Assembly (NCBI RefSeq): GCF_000647975.1 | Contig: NZ_JFKE01000003.1 | Span: 132,206-196,205, forward strand | Reading direction: 5' to 3' | DNA: 64,000 nt | Origin: Actibacterium mucosum KCTC 23349 | GTDB lineage: Bacteria > Pseudomonadota > Alphaproteobacteria > Rhodobacterales > Rhodobacteraceae | In this document: positions 19,750 through 30,189 of the stretch, one piece after another | Numbering within the stretch: position 1 is the stretch's first letter | Layout: each line of letters begins with the position of its first letter | Translations under genes and position numbers: made by a program | The notes under the pieces: model-generated | Databases searched by the model: none | What the model was told of the DNA's origin: nothing | What the model saw: only the letters and a program-made list of their open reading frames with translations

Positions 19750-20616
19750 ATGGCGCATCGGATTTCAGCGCGCATCGCGGCGGCGGGAATTGGATTGGTT
19801 TTGCTGGCAGGGTGCGAAGAAGGCACCGGTCTGTCGCTGTTCGAAGGCGGCAACGTCTCAAGCGAAGATGCCACGAACCAAACAACACTGGTCGAGCGCG
19901 AGGTCGAAGCGCCCGAGGTTTTCCAAGCCACCGAGAACGGATTGTGGGACGGACGCCCAAGCTTTGGCGGCGTTTGGGTCACGTTTCCCGACGTAAAGAG
20001 CCCCGAACAAGTCATCATCCGTAACGAGGCCAACGGCAAATTCGTGATTGGCGCACTGTTCGACCGTGAACGCGACAACCCCGGCCCGCGCCTGACGGTG
20101 TCGTCGGATGCGGCTTCGGCATTGGGCATGTTGGCCGGTCAGCCGACGCCGCTGAATGTCACAGCCTTGCGCAAAGAGCAGGTTCCGGTTGCGCCCCCAG
20201 TTACCGACGCACCACCGGCAGAGGCGGCGCCGGTTGACGAAGTGTCGACCGAAACCCTGGACGATCCGATTGAAGCCGCCGCGGCCGCGATCGATCGTGC
20301 CGAAGAACAGGTCGGAGATATCGCACCGGCCGACGCGCCCGCTGCTCCGGCTGTCGCTCCAGCAGCGCTGCCCAAGTCGGCGCTGGACAAACCATTCATC
20401 CAGATTGGCATTTTCTCGGTAGAAGCCAATGCAAACCGGACCAGCGACAACCTGCGCAAGGCCGGCGTGGTACCCACCGTCAAAAAAGGCGAAGTGAAGG
20501 GCAAACCGTTCTGGCGTGTTATCGTTGGGCCCGCGGGCACCAAGGCCGACCGCGATGCCTTGTTGGAAAAAGCACGAGGGCTGGGCTTTGCCGACGCCTA
20601 TTTCGTGACGAACTAA
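19750..20616 (+). CDS. SPOR-domain lipoprotein (RlpA-neighbourhood septal protein)
   Basis: The start carries a lipoprotein signal with lipobox LLAGC, and AAGGGG lies upstream. A Pro/Ala-rich linker leads to a C-terminal SPOR-like domain (FWRVIVGP...ADRDALLEKARGLGFADAYFV). The gene sits upstream of dacC-tmk-holB. Confidence 0.55.
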   Translation: MAHRISARIAAAGIGLVLLAGCEEGTGLSLFEGGNVSSEDATNQTTLVEREVEAPEVFQATENGLWDGRPSFGGVWVTFPDVKSPEQVIIRNEANGKFVIGALFDRERDNPGPRLTVSSDAASALGMLAGQPTPLNVTALRKEQVPVAPPVTDAPPAEAAPVDEVSTETLDDPIEAAAAAIDRAEEQVGDIAPADAPAAPAVAPAALPKSALDKPFIQIGIFSVEANANRTSDNLRKAGVVPTVKKGEVKGKPFWRVIVGPAGTKADRDALLEKARGLGFADAYFVTN

Positions 20617-20626
20617 GGAAGCAGTG

Positions 20627-21784
20627 ATGCTCAAGATGCGCGCGAATCTCATCGGGCTTTGCCTGGCCGCTTTGGTTGCCAGCCCGGTGATGGGCTTCGA
20701 AACCCGGGCGACCTCGGCCTTTGTACTGGATCAGACCACCGGCACGGTGCTGTTGAACAAGAACGCCCAAGTGCCATTGCCGCCCGCCTCTATGTCCAAG
20801 CTGATGACGCTGAACATGTTGTTCGAGGCCCTGCGCGATGGCCGCGTGACGCTGGACACGCAATTCAGCGTGTCAACCCGCGCCAAGTCGATGGGCGGGT
20901 CCACGATGTTCCTGAACGAACGCGACCGCCCAACGGTCGAGGAATTGATCCGCGGCATCGTTGTGCAGTCCGGCAACGATGCCTGCGTGGTTGTGGCCGA
21001 AGGTCTGGCCGGGACCGAAGACGCCTTTGCCCGCCTGATGAACACCCGCGCAAAAGCGCTGGGGATGAACAACTCGACCTTCGCCAACGCCTCCGGCTGG
21101 CCCAATCCGAACCAGCGGATGAGCATGGAAGACCTGGCCGTTCTGGCCAACCGCCTGATCACCGAATTTCCAGAGTATTACGGCTATTTTGGCGAGACCG
21201 AGTTTGGATATGATGGCCGCGCGCCGGACAACCGGTTCAACCGCAACCCGCTGCTGAAACTGGGCATCGGGGCGGACGGCCTGAAAACCGGCCACACGAA
21301 CGAGGCGGGCTATGGCCTTGTTGGATCGGCCCGGCAGGGAACCCGGCGTGTGATTGTCGTGTTCTCGGGGCTGCAATCGGCAGCAGACCGCGCGCGCGAG
21401 GCCGAAAGCCTGATCAACTGGGCCTTCCGCCAGTTTGTTGAAAAATCGGTGGCCAAGGCGGGCACACGCATGGCCGAGGCACAGGTTTGGATGGGCGCGG
21501 CCCCCCGCGTTGGCCTTGTGGTGGCCGACGATGTAACGCTGCTGGTACCTGCGCTGACCCAAGGTTCGGTTCAGGCCGAGGTGCAGTTCGAAGGCCCAAT
21601 TCAAGCGCCAGTTACAAAGGGTGACGTACTGGGCAAGATGATTGTTCAACTGCCAGACATGGAGGCGGTCGAAATCCCGCTGGTGGCTGAAAGTGATGTT
21701 GCCAAAGGCGGCTTTCTGCCCCGCGTCAAAACCGCTGCGATGATCCTTTTGGATCGCCTTGGCGCGCGGGCACAGACCCTTTAA
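20627..21784 (+). CDS. D-alanyl-D-alanine carboxypeptidase (peptidase S11, PBP5/6-like)
   Basis: Signal peptide, then SMSKLMT (SxxK), VVQSGND (SxN) and LKTGHT (KTG) motifs. Confidence 0.8.
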   Translation: MLKMRANLIGLCLAALVASPVMGFETRATSAFVLDQTTGTVLLNKNAQVPLPPASMSKLMTLNMLFEALRDGRVTLDTQFSVSTRAKSMGGSTMFLNERDRPTVEELIRGIVVQSGNDACVVVAEGLAGTEDAFARLMNTRAKALGMNNSTFANASGWPNPNQRMSMEDLAVLANRLITEFPEYYGYFGETEFGYDGRAPDNRFNRNPLLKLGIGADGLKTGHTNEAGYGLVGSARQGTRRVIVVFSGLQSAADRAREAESLINWAFRQFVEKSVAKAGTRMAEAQVWMGAAPRVGLVVADDVTLLVPALTQGSVQAEVQFEGPIQAPVTKGDVLGKMIVQLPDMEAVEIPLVAESDVAKGGFLPRVKTAAMILLDRLGARAQTL

Positions 21785-21787
21785 GTG

Positions 21788-22426
21788 ATGACCGGGCATT
21801 TCCTGTCGTTCGAAGGTATCGATGGCTCGGGCAAGTCCACCCAGGCGCGGATGCTGGCCGACCACCTGCGGCAAGCGGGGCGCGACGTGGTTCTCACGCG
21901 CGAGCCTGGCGGCTCCGCCGGGGCCGAGGAAATTCGGCGGCTGGTGCTGGAGGGTGATCCCGACAAATGGTCAGCCGAGACCGAGATTCTGCTGTTTACC
22001 GCCGCCCGCCGCGACCATCTGGAAAAAACCGTCTGGCCTGCGCTCGAGGACGGCAAGGTGGTGATCTGCGACCGGTTTGCCGATTCCACTCGCCTGTATC
22101 AAGGGATTACACGTGGCGATCTGCGGGGCGTGGTGGATCGGCTGCATGATCAAATGATCGCGTGCGAACCGGATTTAACTTTTGTCATCGATATGGACCC
22201 GGCGATGGGTTTGGCCCGCGCCAAGGGCCGCCAAGGGACAGAGGAACGGTTCGAGGATTTTGGCCTTGGCCTGCAGGAACGCATGCGCGAGGGTTTCCTG
22301 AACCTTGCACATGAATTCGCGGACCGCTGCGTTGTCGTCGATGGCGCGCGTGCAATCGACGCCGTGGCCGCCGACGTGGCGCGAATTACGATGGACCGTC
22401 TTTCACCCGACGCCGCATCCGCGTAG
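21788..22426 (+). CDS. tmk: thymidylate (dTMP) kinase
   Basis: P-loop FEGIDGSGKST, a DRF motif, and ~210 aa. Confidence 0.85.
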   Translation: MTGHFLSFEGIDGSGKSTQARMLADHLRQAGRDVVLTREPGGSAGAEEIRRLVLEGDPDKWSAETEILLFTAARRDHLEKTVWPALEDGKVVICDRFADSTRLYQGITRGDLRGVVDRLHDQMIACEPDLTFVIDMDPAMGLARAKGRQGTEERFEDFGLGLQERMREGFLNLAHEFADRCVVVDGARAIDAVAADVARITMDRLSPDAASA

Positions 22427-22436
22427 CCTGCCCGCC

Positions 22437-23570
22437 ATGAGCAGCGACGATATCCCCGAACCCGACCGCATCGAAGGTGCGCCGCATCCGCGTGAAACCA
22501 CTCGGCTGTTCGGGCAGGACCCGGCTCAGGCGGCGTTTCTGGATGCGTTCAATTCGGGTCGTTTGCATCATGGATGGATGATTACGGGGCCAAAGGGCAT
22601 CGGCAAAGCCACGTTTGCTTGGCGCGCCGCAAGGTTTCTGCTGACACAACCCCTGGACGCGGATGACGGTCTGTTTGGCGCGCCCCCTGCCCCGACCTCG
22701 CTGGAGGTTGATCCTGACCACCCGGTCGCCACGCGCCTGCGCGCCCTTTCGGAGCCGAACCTGTTCCTGCTGCGCCGCGCATGGCGCGAGAAACCTTCCC
22801 CTGCCCGCCTGCAAACGGTGATTACCGTGGACGAAGTGCGACGGCTGAAAGAGTTCTTTGCCCTTTCCGCCGCAGGCGGTGGGCGACGGGTAGTGATCGC
22901 GGACGCGGCCGACGAGATGAATGTGAACGCAGCCAATGCGCTGCTGAAACTGCTGGAAGAGCCGCCCGAAAACGCCACGATCTTTCTAATCGTGCACCAA
23001 CCGGCGCGCCTGCTGCCCACCATCCGCTCGCGCTGCCGCGAGTTGCGCCTGTCGCCCTTGGCGCCGGGGGATATGGCGCAGGCCATGCAGTCCGCTGGTA
23101 CGGAAACGGATGACAGCGCTGCCCTTGCTACGCTGGCGGCCGGGTCCGTGGGCGAAGCAATCCGGCTGACCCATCAGGACGGGTTAAAGCATTATGCGGG
23201 CTTGCTGCAACTTCTGAACTCCATGCCCAACGTCGACCGCCCCGCCGCTCTTGCGCTGGCCAATAGCTGCGCGGGCAAAGCGAATGAGGCGCGCTATGAC
23301 CTGACGCTGCGCCTGCTTGACTTGCTGTTGACACGCCTGGCCCGTGCCGGCGCCGGTCAACCGCCCGAGGTCGAGGCCGCCCAGGGCGAGATCCAGATTT
23401 TCGCCCGTCTTTGCCCCGACATCCCCGCCGCCCGCAAATGGGCGCAGGGCGCCACCGAAATCAACGCCCGGCTGGGCCATGGGCGCGCGGTGAACCTTGA
23501 CCCTTCGACGCTCATCCTTGATACGGTTCTGAGGATGAACGAGATGGCGGCAGAACTTGTCGCCCGATAG
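22437..23570 (+). CDS. holB: DNA polymerase III subunit delta'
   Basis: Start MSSDD... The AAA+ clamp-loader fold shows GWMITGPKGIGKATFA. The gene follows tmk, which is the conserved order. Confidence 0.75.
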   Translation: MSSDDIPEPDRIEGAPHPRETTRLFGQDPAQAAFLDAFNSGRLHHGWMITGPKGIGKATFAWRAARFLLTQPLDADDGLFGAPPAPTSLEVDPDHPVATRLRALSEPNLFLLRRAWREKPSPARLQTVITVDEVRRLKEFFALSAAGGGRRVVIADAADEMNVNAANALLKLLEEPPENATIFLIVHQPARLLPTIRSRCRELRLSPLAPGDMAQAMQSAGTETDDSAALATLAAGSVGEAIRLTHQDGLKHYAGLLQLLNSMPNVDRPAALALANSCAGKANEARYDLTLRLLDLLLTRLARAGAGQPPEVEAAQGEIQIFARLCPDIPAARKWAQGATEINARLGHGRAVNLDPSTLILDTVLRMNEMAAELVAR

Positions 23571-23584
23571 GCGCGGCCATTGCA

Positions 23585-24391
23585 ATGACACCACCCGAAA
23601 TCACCGACAGCCACTGTCACATCGACTATGATGTTTTTGCCGACGAGATGCCCGAGATGATCGGGCGCGCGGCCGAAGCAGGCGTGACGCGCATGGTCAC
23701 CATCTGCACCCGCCTGCGCGAGTTGCCCAAGATCCGTGCCATCGCCGAGGCCCACGCACCCGTCTTCTTTGCGGCCGGCACTCATCCGATGAATGCCGCC
23801 GATGAGCCGATGGCGACGGTGGACGAGCTGATCGCCGCCGCCGCGCATCCGAAATTTGTCGGGGTCGGGGAAACGGGGCTCGACTATCACTACACGGCCG
23901 AAAGCGCTGATATGCAACAGGCCAGCCTGCGCGTACATATCGACGCCGCACGACAAACCGGCCTGCCGCTGATCATCCATTCGCGTGACGCCGACGACGA
24001 CATGGCCCGTATCCTGGCCGAAGAGCACAGCAATGGCGCCTATAGCTGCGTGATGCATTGTTTCTCGTCCGGCGCTGAACTGGCACGTGCCGCGCTGGAT
24101 CTGGGGTTTTATCTGTCGATGTCCGGCATCACCGCCTTCCCGCGGTCGACCGAACTGCGCGAGATTTTTGCCGCCGCGCCGATTGACCGGATCCTGCTGG
24201 AAACCGACGCCCCGTACCTGGCGCCACCCCCCTATCGCGGCAAACGAAACGAGCCGGCCTATACCGCCCATACCGCACGCGCAGCGGCCGAGACATTTGG
24301 CATGGACTATGCTGCCTTTGCCGCACAGACGCAGCAGAATTTTGATCGGCTTTTCACCAAGGCCGCCTCGTGGAAGGCCGTTGCGGCATGA
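23585..24391 (+). CDS. TatD-family metal-dependent hydrolase / DNase
   Basis: The N-terminal DSHCHID motif and a TatD-like fold over 268 aa. Confidence 0.8.
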   Translation: MTPPEITDSHCHIDYDVFADEMPEMIGRAAEAGVTRMVTICTRLRELPKIRAIAEAHAPVFFAAGTHPMNAADEPMATVDELIAAAAHPKFVGVGETGLDYHYTAESADMQQASLRVHIDAARQTGLPLIIHSRDADDDMARILAEEHSNGAYSCVMHCFSSGAELARAALDLGFYLSMSGITAFPRSTELREIFAAAPIDRILLETDAPYLAPPPYRGKRNEPAYTAHTARAAAETFGMDYAAFAAQTQQNFDRLFTKAASWKAVAA

Positions 24392-25182
24392 GCCTGCGCT
24401 TTACCATCCTTGGCTGCGGGTCATCGGGCGGCGTACCCCGTTTGGGCGGGCATTGGGGCGAATGTGATCCCAACGAACCACGCAACCGGCGCAGTCGCTG
24501 CTCTATGCTGGTAGAGCGTATCGGCGCAGAGGGGACAACGCGTGTTCTGATCGATACGTCACCCGATATGCGCCAACAATTGCTGGCCGCCGGTGTCGGC
24601 ACACTGGACGCGGTGGTGTACACCCATTCTCATGCCGACCATGTGCACGGTCTGGACGATCTGCGGCAAGTGGTCTTCAACATGCGCAAACGTCTGGATG
24701 TCTGGGCTGACGGCGCCACACAGAACGATCTGTTTTCACGGTTCGGATATGCCTTTGTACAGCCCGAAGGCTCGCCCTATCCGCCAATCCTGGACATGCA
24801 CACAATCGACGGGCCGTTTGAAATCGACGGTGCAGGTGGTGGCCTTAGTTTTCAGCCACTGCGCGTGGGGCATGGCGCCATCGACGCGCTTGGGTTCCGC
24901 ATCGGCGATCTGGCCTATATCCCAGATGTGGTCGAGATGTATGACGAGACCTGGCCACAGCTTGAGGGTTTGGAATATCTCGTTCTGGACGCCTTGCGGC
25001 GCAGCCCGCATCCAACCCACATCAATCTGGCCACCGCGCTGGAATGGATCGCCCGCCTTCAGCCCGCCCACGCGGTTCTGACCAACATGCATATCGATCT
25101 GGACTATACGACCGTGGCCACCGAGACGCCGGACCAGGTGACACCTGCCCATGACGGGCTTGTCATAGAATTGGCAGAATGA
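24388..25182 (+). CDS. MBL-fold metallo-hydrolase
   Basis: HSHADH (HxHxDH) motif. The ATG overlaps the tatD stop codon. Confidence 0.7.
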   Translation: MSLRFTILGCGSSGGVPRLGGHWGECDPNEPRNRRSRCSMLVERIGAEGTTRVLIDTSPDMRQQLLAAGVGTLDAVVYTHSHADHVHGLDDLRQVVFNMRKRLDVWADGATQNDLFSRFGYAFVQPEGSPYPPILDMHTIDGPFEIDGAGGGLSFQPLRVGHGAIDALGFRIGDLAYIPDVVEMYDETWPQLEGLEYLVLDALRRSPHPTHINLATALEWIARLQPAHAVLTNMHIDLDYTTVATETPDQVTPAHDGLVIELAE

Positions 25183-25186
25183 CGCC

Positions 25187-26116
25187 ATGGCGCTGATGGT
25201 TCAGGTCATCCTGCCGGTCGCCATCTTGGTGGCCTGCGGATACCTGGCGGCGCGGTTCCGTGTGTTGGGTGAGGCTGCGGTTGACGGCCTGATGCTGTTT
25301 TCGCAGAAATTCGCGATCCCGTGCCTGCTTTTTGCCGCCATCGCGCGGCTGGACCTGGCCACGCAGTTTCGCGGAACGTTGCTGGCGTCATATTATGTCG
25401 GCGCGCTTTGTGTCTTTACACTTGGCTTTCTTGGCGCGCGCTTTCTGTTTGGGCGCCCCTGGCAGGACAGCGTGGCGATCGGCTTTGCGGCGTTTTTCTC
25501 GAACTCGGTGCTGCTGGGCCTGCCGGTGACCGAACGCGCCTATGGCGCCGATGCGTTGCAGGCCAATTTCGCCCTGATCTCGATCAACGCGCCCTTGTGC
25601 TATTGCGTGGGTGTCACCGCGATGGAGCTGTTGCGGTTTTCGGGCGCGTCCAGCCTGGTGAAACTGCGCGCGGTGCTCAGCGCGATGTTTTCAAACGTGC
25701 TAGTGGTGGCGATCATGTGCGGGTTTGTGGTGAATCTGGGCGCGATTCCGGTGCCCGACACCCTGTGGCAAGTGATCGACATGGCCGCCGCCGCGGCCCT
25801 GCCGGTGGCGCTGTTCGGCTTGGGCGGGGTGTTACTGCGGTACCGCCCCGAGGGCGACATGGCTACCATCCTGTTCATCTGCGCATTGTCCTTGCTGATA
25901 AACCCCGCGATTGTCTGGACAATGGGACAGACGCTGGACCTGACCACAGCGCAATTCCGATCAGCGGTCATTACCGCCGCCATGGCCCCGGGCGTCAACG
26001 TCTACCTGTTCGCGGATTTCTACGGTGTGGGACGACGGGTTGCGGCGTCATCGGTGCTGCTGGGCACGGTCCTGTCGATCCTCAGCGTCTGGATGTGGCT
26101 GTCGATCCTGCCCTAA
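25187..26116 (+). CDS. AEC-family (auxin-efflux-carrier-like) membrane transporter
   Basis: 309 aa, roughly ten predicted TM segments, typical AEC length. Confidence 0.65.
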   Translation: MALMVQVILPVAILVACGYLAARFRVLGEAAVDGLMLFSQKFAIPCLLFAAIARLDLATQFRGTLLASYYVGALCVFTLGFLGARFLFGRPWQDSVAIGFAAFFSNSVLLGLPVTERAYGADALQANFALISINAPLCYCVGVTAMELLRFSGASSLVKLRAVLSAMFSNVLVVAIMCGFVVNLGAIPVPDTLWQVIDMAAAAALPVALFGLGGVLLRYRPEGDMATILFICALSLLINPAIVWTMGQTLDLTTAQFRSAVITAAMAPGVNVYLFADFYGVGRRVAASSVLLGTVLSILSVWMWLSILP

Positions 26117-27555
26117 ACGCCGCTGATCGATTTCACCGCCTGAAATGCGCGGATCCCCCACAGCCCCGCCTCGCGCCCAAAGCCCGAGGCCTTACGCCCG
26201 CCAAACGGCGCGCCGGGTGCGCGCGAGGTGCCGTTGATCTGCACCATGCCCACCTGCAAGCCGCCCGCCACACGGGCCGCACGTTCGCGGTCAGCGGTTT
26301 GGATATACCCGGCCAGCCCATAGGCGCTGTCATTGGCCAGGCGCACCGCCTCGGCCTCGTCGGCAAAGCGCGAGATTGCCAGAACCGGGCCAAACACCTC
26401 TTCGTGGAACAGCCGCATTTCGGGCGTGACATCTGCAAAAACGGTCACGCGCGGGCAGAACGGTCCGGCCATGTCGGTGCCAAGACCGCCCGCCACCAGC
26501 CGCGCGCCATCCTCGATCGCCTCGGCGATACAGCGCTGCACCCGGTCGAACTGCGTGGCCGAGACCAGTGGGCCCAGATGCCCCCCGGCGGTTGCGGGCG
26601 CGTTGAAAACATACCCCCCCGCCTCGGCCACCGCCAGCTCAACCACCTGATCATAGATCGCCGCGTGCACCAACATTCGCGAGGCCGCGTTGCAGGATTG
26701 ACCCGAGTTGCGCACGCAATGCGCCATACCCTGCTGCACGGCCAGCGGCAGCGCGCAATCGTCAAACAGAATATTGGCAGACTTCCCACCAAGCTCCAGC
26801 AGCACGGGCCGCAACATTGCGCCCGCCGATGCGGCCACCTGCCGCCCCGCCGCGGTGGATCCCGTGAAGCTGACCACATCCACCCCTTCGGCGCCGACCA
26901 GAGCCGCGCCGGTCTGCCCGTCGCCCTGCAACACCGTCAGAATGTCGCGCAAACCGGCGTCATCAGCGACTTCGGCAAGCATCGCTCCGCTTTCGGGGGA
27001 CAGTTCCGAGGGTTTCAGTACCATCGTGCAGCCCGCCGCCAACGCCGCCCCAACCTTCAGTGCCGCCTGGTTCAGCGGCCAGTTCCACGGTGTGATCAGC
27101 GCCGCAACGCCCAATGGCTCGTACCGCACCGCGTGCGGGGCCAGCGGTTCGGGCACCTGCGCCGCGGCCTGATCCATCGCCGCGCGGATCACCCGCAAAT
27201 GCGACAATGCCGCGTCCACCTGCTTGGCGCGCGCAAAATCAATGGGCGCACCCATCTCGCGGCTGATGGCCTGGGCAAAATCCTCGTGCCGCGCCTCGAT
27301 CCCGGCAATCAGCGCCTCCAGCAGCGCGGCGCGATCCTCGGCCGCGCGCAGGTCAAACGCCATCCGCGCACGCCCCACCGCGCGCGCCACATCCCCGTCA
27401 TCACCCAGCGGCAGCCGCGCCCTCGGCACGCCCGTCGCCTGATTGGCCAACACCGCAAAGCGCCGCGCATCCGCATCGGCGCTGCGCGGCAAAAAACAGG
27501 GCGCATCGCTCAGCCCGGCATATGGCAAATCGCTTGCATTCATACGCCCACTCAT
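26113..27555 (-). CDS. NAD(P)-dependent aldehyde dehydrogenase
   Basis: 480 aa read from MSGRMNAS. The ALDH catalytic motifs LELGGKSA (Glu) and NSGQSCNAASR (Cys) are present. The 1008-codon ORF in the track is a 5' read-through artefact. Confidence 0.8.
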   Translation of the reverse strand: MSGRMNASDLPYAGLSDAPCFLPRSADADARRFAVLANQATGVPRARLPLGDDGDVARAVGRARMAFDLRAAEDRAALLEALIAGIEARHEDFAQAISREMGAPIDFARAKQVDAALSHLRVIRAAMDQAAAQVPEPLAPHAVRYEPLGVAALITPWNWPLNQAALKVGAALAAGCTMVLKPSELSPESGAMLAEVADDAGLRDILTVLQGDGQTGAALVGAEGVDVVSFTGSTAAGRQVAASAGAMLRPVLLELGGKSANILFDDCALPLAVQQGMAHCVRNSGQSCNAASRMLVHAAIYDQVVELAVAEAGGYVFNAPATAGGHLGPLVSATQFDRVQRCIAEAIEDGARLVAGGLGTDMAGPFCPRVTVFADVTPEMRLFHEEVFGPVLAISRFADEAEAVRLANDSAYGLAGYIQTADRERAARVAGGLQVGMVQINGTSRAPGAPFGGRKASGFGREAGLWGIRAFQAVKSISGV

Positions 27556-27693
27556 GACAGAGCCCCCGGCAAAGCGCCATCCTGATTGCGCGCACATTTT
27601 CCTCTTTCCCTTTGCTGGATTCTGGCCTATACGCGCGTCTTCACTCGGGCATGCACCCTTGGAGGATGCCCTTATCAAAATTGGAGAGATCTC

Positions 27694-28338
27694 ATGGCAG
27701 GACAGATTCCTGATCTGAACGCCACGGTCCGCGCGGGGACAGGCAAGGGGGCCGCCCGCCAAGCTCGTCGCGAGCAGTTGGTACCGGGCGTTGTATATGG
27801 TGGTGGCGAAGACCCCATCGCAATCAACATCAAATTCAACGAATTGCTGAAGCGCCTGAAAGCTGGCCGCTTCCTTTCGACGCTGTTCAACCTGAAGGTT
27901 GAAGGCCAGGAAGACGTGCGCGTGATCTGCCGCGGCGTACAGCGCGATGTTGTCAAAGACCTGCCAACCCATGTGGACCTGATGCGCCTGCGCCGCACCT
28001 CGCGCATCAACCTCTATATCCCGGTTGAGTTCATCAACGAGGAAGAGTCCCCCGGCATCAAGCGCGGCGGTGTTCTGGCTGTTGTGCGCCCCGAGGTTGA
28101 GCTGAAAGTGACCGCCGGCGATATCCCTGAAAAGCTGGTTGCCGATCTGACCGGCCTGAATGTTGGCGATACGATCAACATCTCGGACATCGCGCTGCCC
28201 GAGGGCACGCGCCCGATGATCACCGACCGTGACTTCGTGGTTGCCAACATCGCAGCTCCGTCGGGTCTGCGCTCGGAAGACAACGAGGGTGACGACGACG
28301 CCGAAGCACCCGCCGAAGAGGCCGCTGCCGAGGAATAA
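27694..28338 (+). CDS. rplY: 50S ribosomal protein L25 / general stress protein Ctc
   Basis: Start MAGQIPDL..., with GGAGAG upstream. It carries the acidic C-terminal tail typical of Ctc, and it is adjacent to pth, the conserved pairing. Confidence 0.85.
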   Translation: MAGQIPDLNATVRAGTGKGAARQARREQLVPGVVYGGGEDPIAINIKFNELLKRLKAGRFLSTLFNLKVEGQEDVRVICRGVQRDVVKDLPTHVDLMRLRRTSRINLYIPVEFINEEESPGIKRGGVLAVVRPEVELKVTAGDIPEKLVADLTGLNVGDTINISDIALPEGTRPMITDRDFVVANIAAPSGLRSEDNEGDDDAEAPAEEAAAEE

Positions 28339-28365
28339 GCCCTCGACGACCCCTATCAAATACCA

Positions 28366-28397
28366 AAGCGCGGCTCTTGGGCCGCGCTTTTTTTTGT
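28366..28397 (+). terminator. rho-independent terminator after rplY
   Basis: Stem AGCGCGGC, loop TCTTGG, stem GCCGCGCT, then a T8 run. Confidence 0.55.
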
Positions 28398-28446
28398 TGC
28401 CCGCCTTCCGTGCCATCCCTAGGAATACTGCAAACGGAGGCACGCG

Positions 28447-29136
28447 ATGCAGATCTTTGCAGGTTTGGGCAATCCCGGCGCGAAATACGCGAAAAACCGG
28501 CACAATATCGGGTTCATGGCCGTTGAATCCATTGCCGAGGCCCACGGGTTCGGCCCTTGGCGCGCCAAGTTTCAGGCGCTTGTGGCCGAGGGGCGTTTGG
28601 GCGGCGGCAAAGTGCTGTTGATGAAGCCCGACACCTTCATGAACAAATCCGGCCAGGCCATCGGCGAAGCGATGCGATTTTACAAGCTGACCGCCGCGGA
28701 TGTCACTGTTTTCCATGACGAGCTGGACCTTGCCCCCGGCAAATGCCGGGTCAAAACCGGCGGCGGGCTGGCTGGCCATAACGGGTTGCGGTCCACCGAC
28801 GCCCATATCGGCAATGACTTTCACCGCGTGCGGCTGGGCATCGGGCATCCGGGCCACAAAGATCGCGTATCCCCTTGGGTTCTGGGCGATTTTGTCCGGG
28901 TGGAGCAGGAAGGCTGGCTCGAAGATCTGCTGCGTGGCATCGCCGATGGCGCCCCGGCGCTGGCTGATGGGGACAAGGGCAAATTCATGAACGCAGTGTC
29001 GCTGCGCACTGCCCCGCCCCGCAGTTCCAATAACGCGGCCGAAAAACCCGCCAAGGCCGCAAAACCCGCGCCCGAACCGGAACCCGAAGTACCGCAAAAG
29101 TCGCCTTTGGAGCGCCTGATGGACAAGTTTCGATGA
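28447..29136 (+). CDS. pth: peptidyl-tRNA hydrolase
   Basis: The N-terminal motif LGNPG..YAKNRHNIGF and an HNG motif are present. A C-terminal Ala/Pro/Lys-rich extension follows. Confidence 0.85.
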   Translation: MQIFAGLGNPGAKYAKNRHNIGFMAVESIAEAHGFGPWRAKFQALVAEGRLGGGKVLLMKPDTFMNKSGQAIGEAMRFYKLTAADVTVFHDELDLAPGKCRVKTGGGLAGHNGLRSTDAHIGNDFHRVRLGIGHPGHKDRVSPWVLGDFVRVEQEGWLEDLLRGIADGAPALADGDKGKFMNAVSLRTAPPRSSNNAAEKPAKAAKPAPEPEPEVPQKSPLERLMDKFR

Positions 29137-30173
29137 CATTGCGCGACGCGTTTCTGCGCCAGGCGACGGTTTGTCCGCAGCTTGGCTCGCCTTTCATGGG
29201 ACAGCTTTGCGGCCTGCTGGCCGATATGCTGGACAGCCCCGGCCCGGTTTTTGAACGGATGCGCGCGTGGCCGGGCGATGTCTCGGCGGCGGGGCATTCG
29301 GTGCCCTTGCGCCTGTGCGGGGCGCTGCATGGCTTGGTGATCGACGGAACCGCGCCCGAATTGGCCGCCGTCTATCCACCAAATCAGACCGACGACGACG
29401 CCCTTCGGCGCGCGGTTTTGGCGGCAATTTCAACCCATGAGACGCGTATTCAGGCGTGGCTAGACAATGCCCCACAGACCAACGAGGTGCGCCGCAGCAC
29501 CGGAATAATCGCTGTAGGTCAATGGCTTAGCAATCGATGCGGCCTGCCGTTCAACTTGCTGGAACTGGGCGCAAGCGCAGGATTGAACCTGCAATGGGAC
29601 CGGATGGCGCTGGACCTGCCCGATGTCCGGTTTGGCCCAGACGACGCGACGCTACGCCTGTCACCAGACTGGACCGGCCCCCTGCCCCCGCAGGCCCCGG
29701 TGCACGTGACCCGCCGGCGCGGTGTTGACCTCTCACCGCTGAGCATCGCCGATGAGGGCGACGTTCTGCGCCTGCGCGCCTATCTGTGGCCCGATCAGCC
29801 GGATCGGCGTGCCCGGACAGATGCCGCGATTAAGCTGGCGCATAAACACAAGCCAGAGGTCGCCGCGGGGGACGCCGCACCGTGGTTAGAGCGGGTGCTG
29901 CAAGACCTGCCTGAAGGCGAGATTACCTTTATTTATCATACGATTGCATGGCAGTATTTTCCTCAGGAAACGAAGGAACGATGCGCCGCCGCAATCGTCG
30001 CCGCCGGGGCGCGGGCCACAGAAAATGCCCCCCTCGCGTGGCTGGGCATTGAGGCAGACGACCAAAAGCCCGGCGCGGGAATGTGCTTGCGCCTTTGGCC
30101 GGACGATGTGACGCTGAATATCGGACGGATGGATTTCCACGGTCGCTGGCTGATCTGGACCCCACCGAGCTGA
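29133..30173 (+). CDS. DUF2332-like hypothetical protein
   Basis: 346 aa with no catalytic motif I could recognise. The ATG overlaps the pth stop codon as ATGA. Confidence 0.45.
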   Translation: MTLRDAFLRQATVCPQLGSPFMGQLCGLLADMLDSPGPVFERMRAWPGDVSAAGHSVPLRLCGALHGLVIDGTAPELAAVYPPNQTDDDALRRAVLAAISTHETRIQAWLDNAPQTNEVRRSTGIIAVGQWLSNRCGLPFNLLELGASAGLNLQWDRMALDLPDVRFGPDDATLRLSPDWTGPLPPQAPVHVTRRRGVDLSPLSIADEGDVLRLRAYLWPDQPDRRARTDAAIKLAHKHKPEVAAGDAAPWLERVLQDLPEGEITFIYHTIAWQYFPQETKERCAAAIVAAGARATENAPLAWLGIEADDQKPGAGMCLRLWPDDVTLNIGRMDFHGRWLIWTPPS

Positions 30174-30189
30174 GAGAACGGAGCCTTTT

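Noticed and set aside
25321-27585. 754-codon plus-strand ORF
   Set aside because: It is antisense to the AEC transporter and the aldehyde dehydrogenase. The translation is Arg/Gly/Pro-rich with no domain, a GC-rich open-frame artefact.
26113-29139. 1008-codon minus-strand ORF
   Set aside because: Only the 3' 480 codons are a real gene (the aldehyde dehydrogenase, starting at 27555). The upstream part is antisense to rplY and pth and translates as low-complexity Arg/Gly-rich sequence typical of high-GC wrong-frame ORFs.
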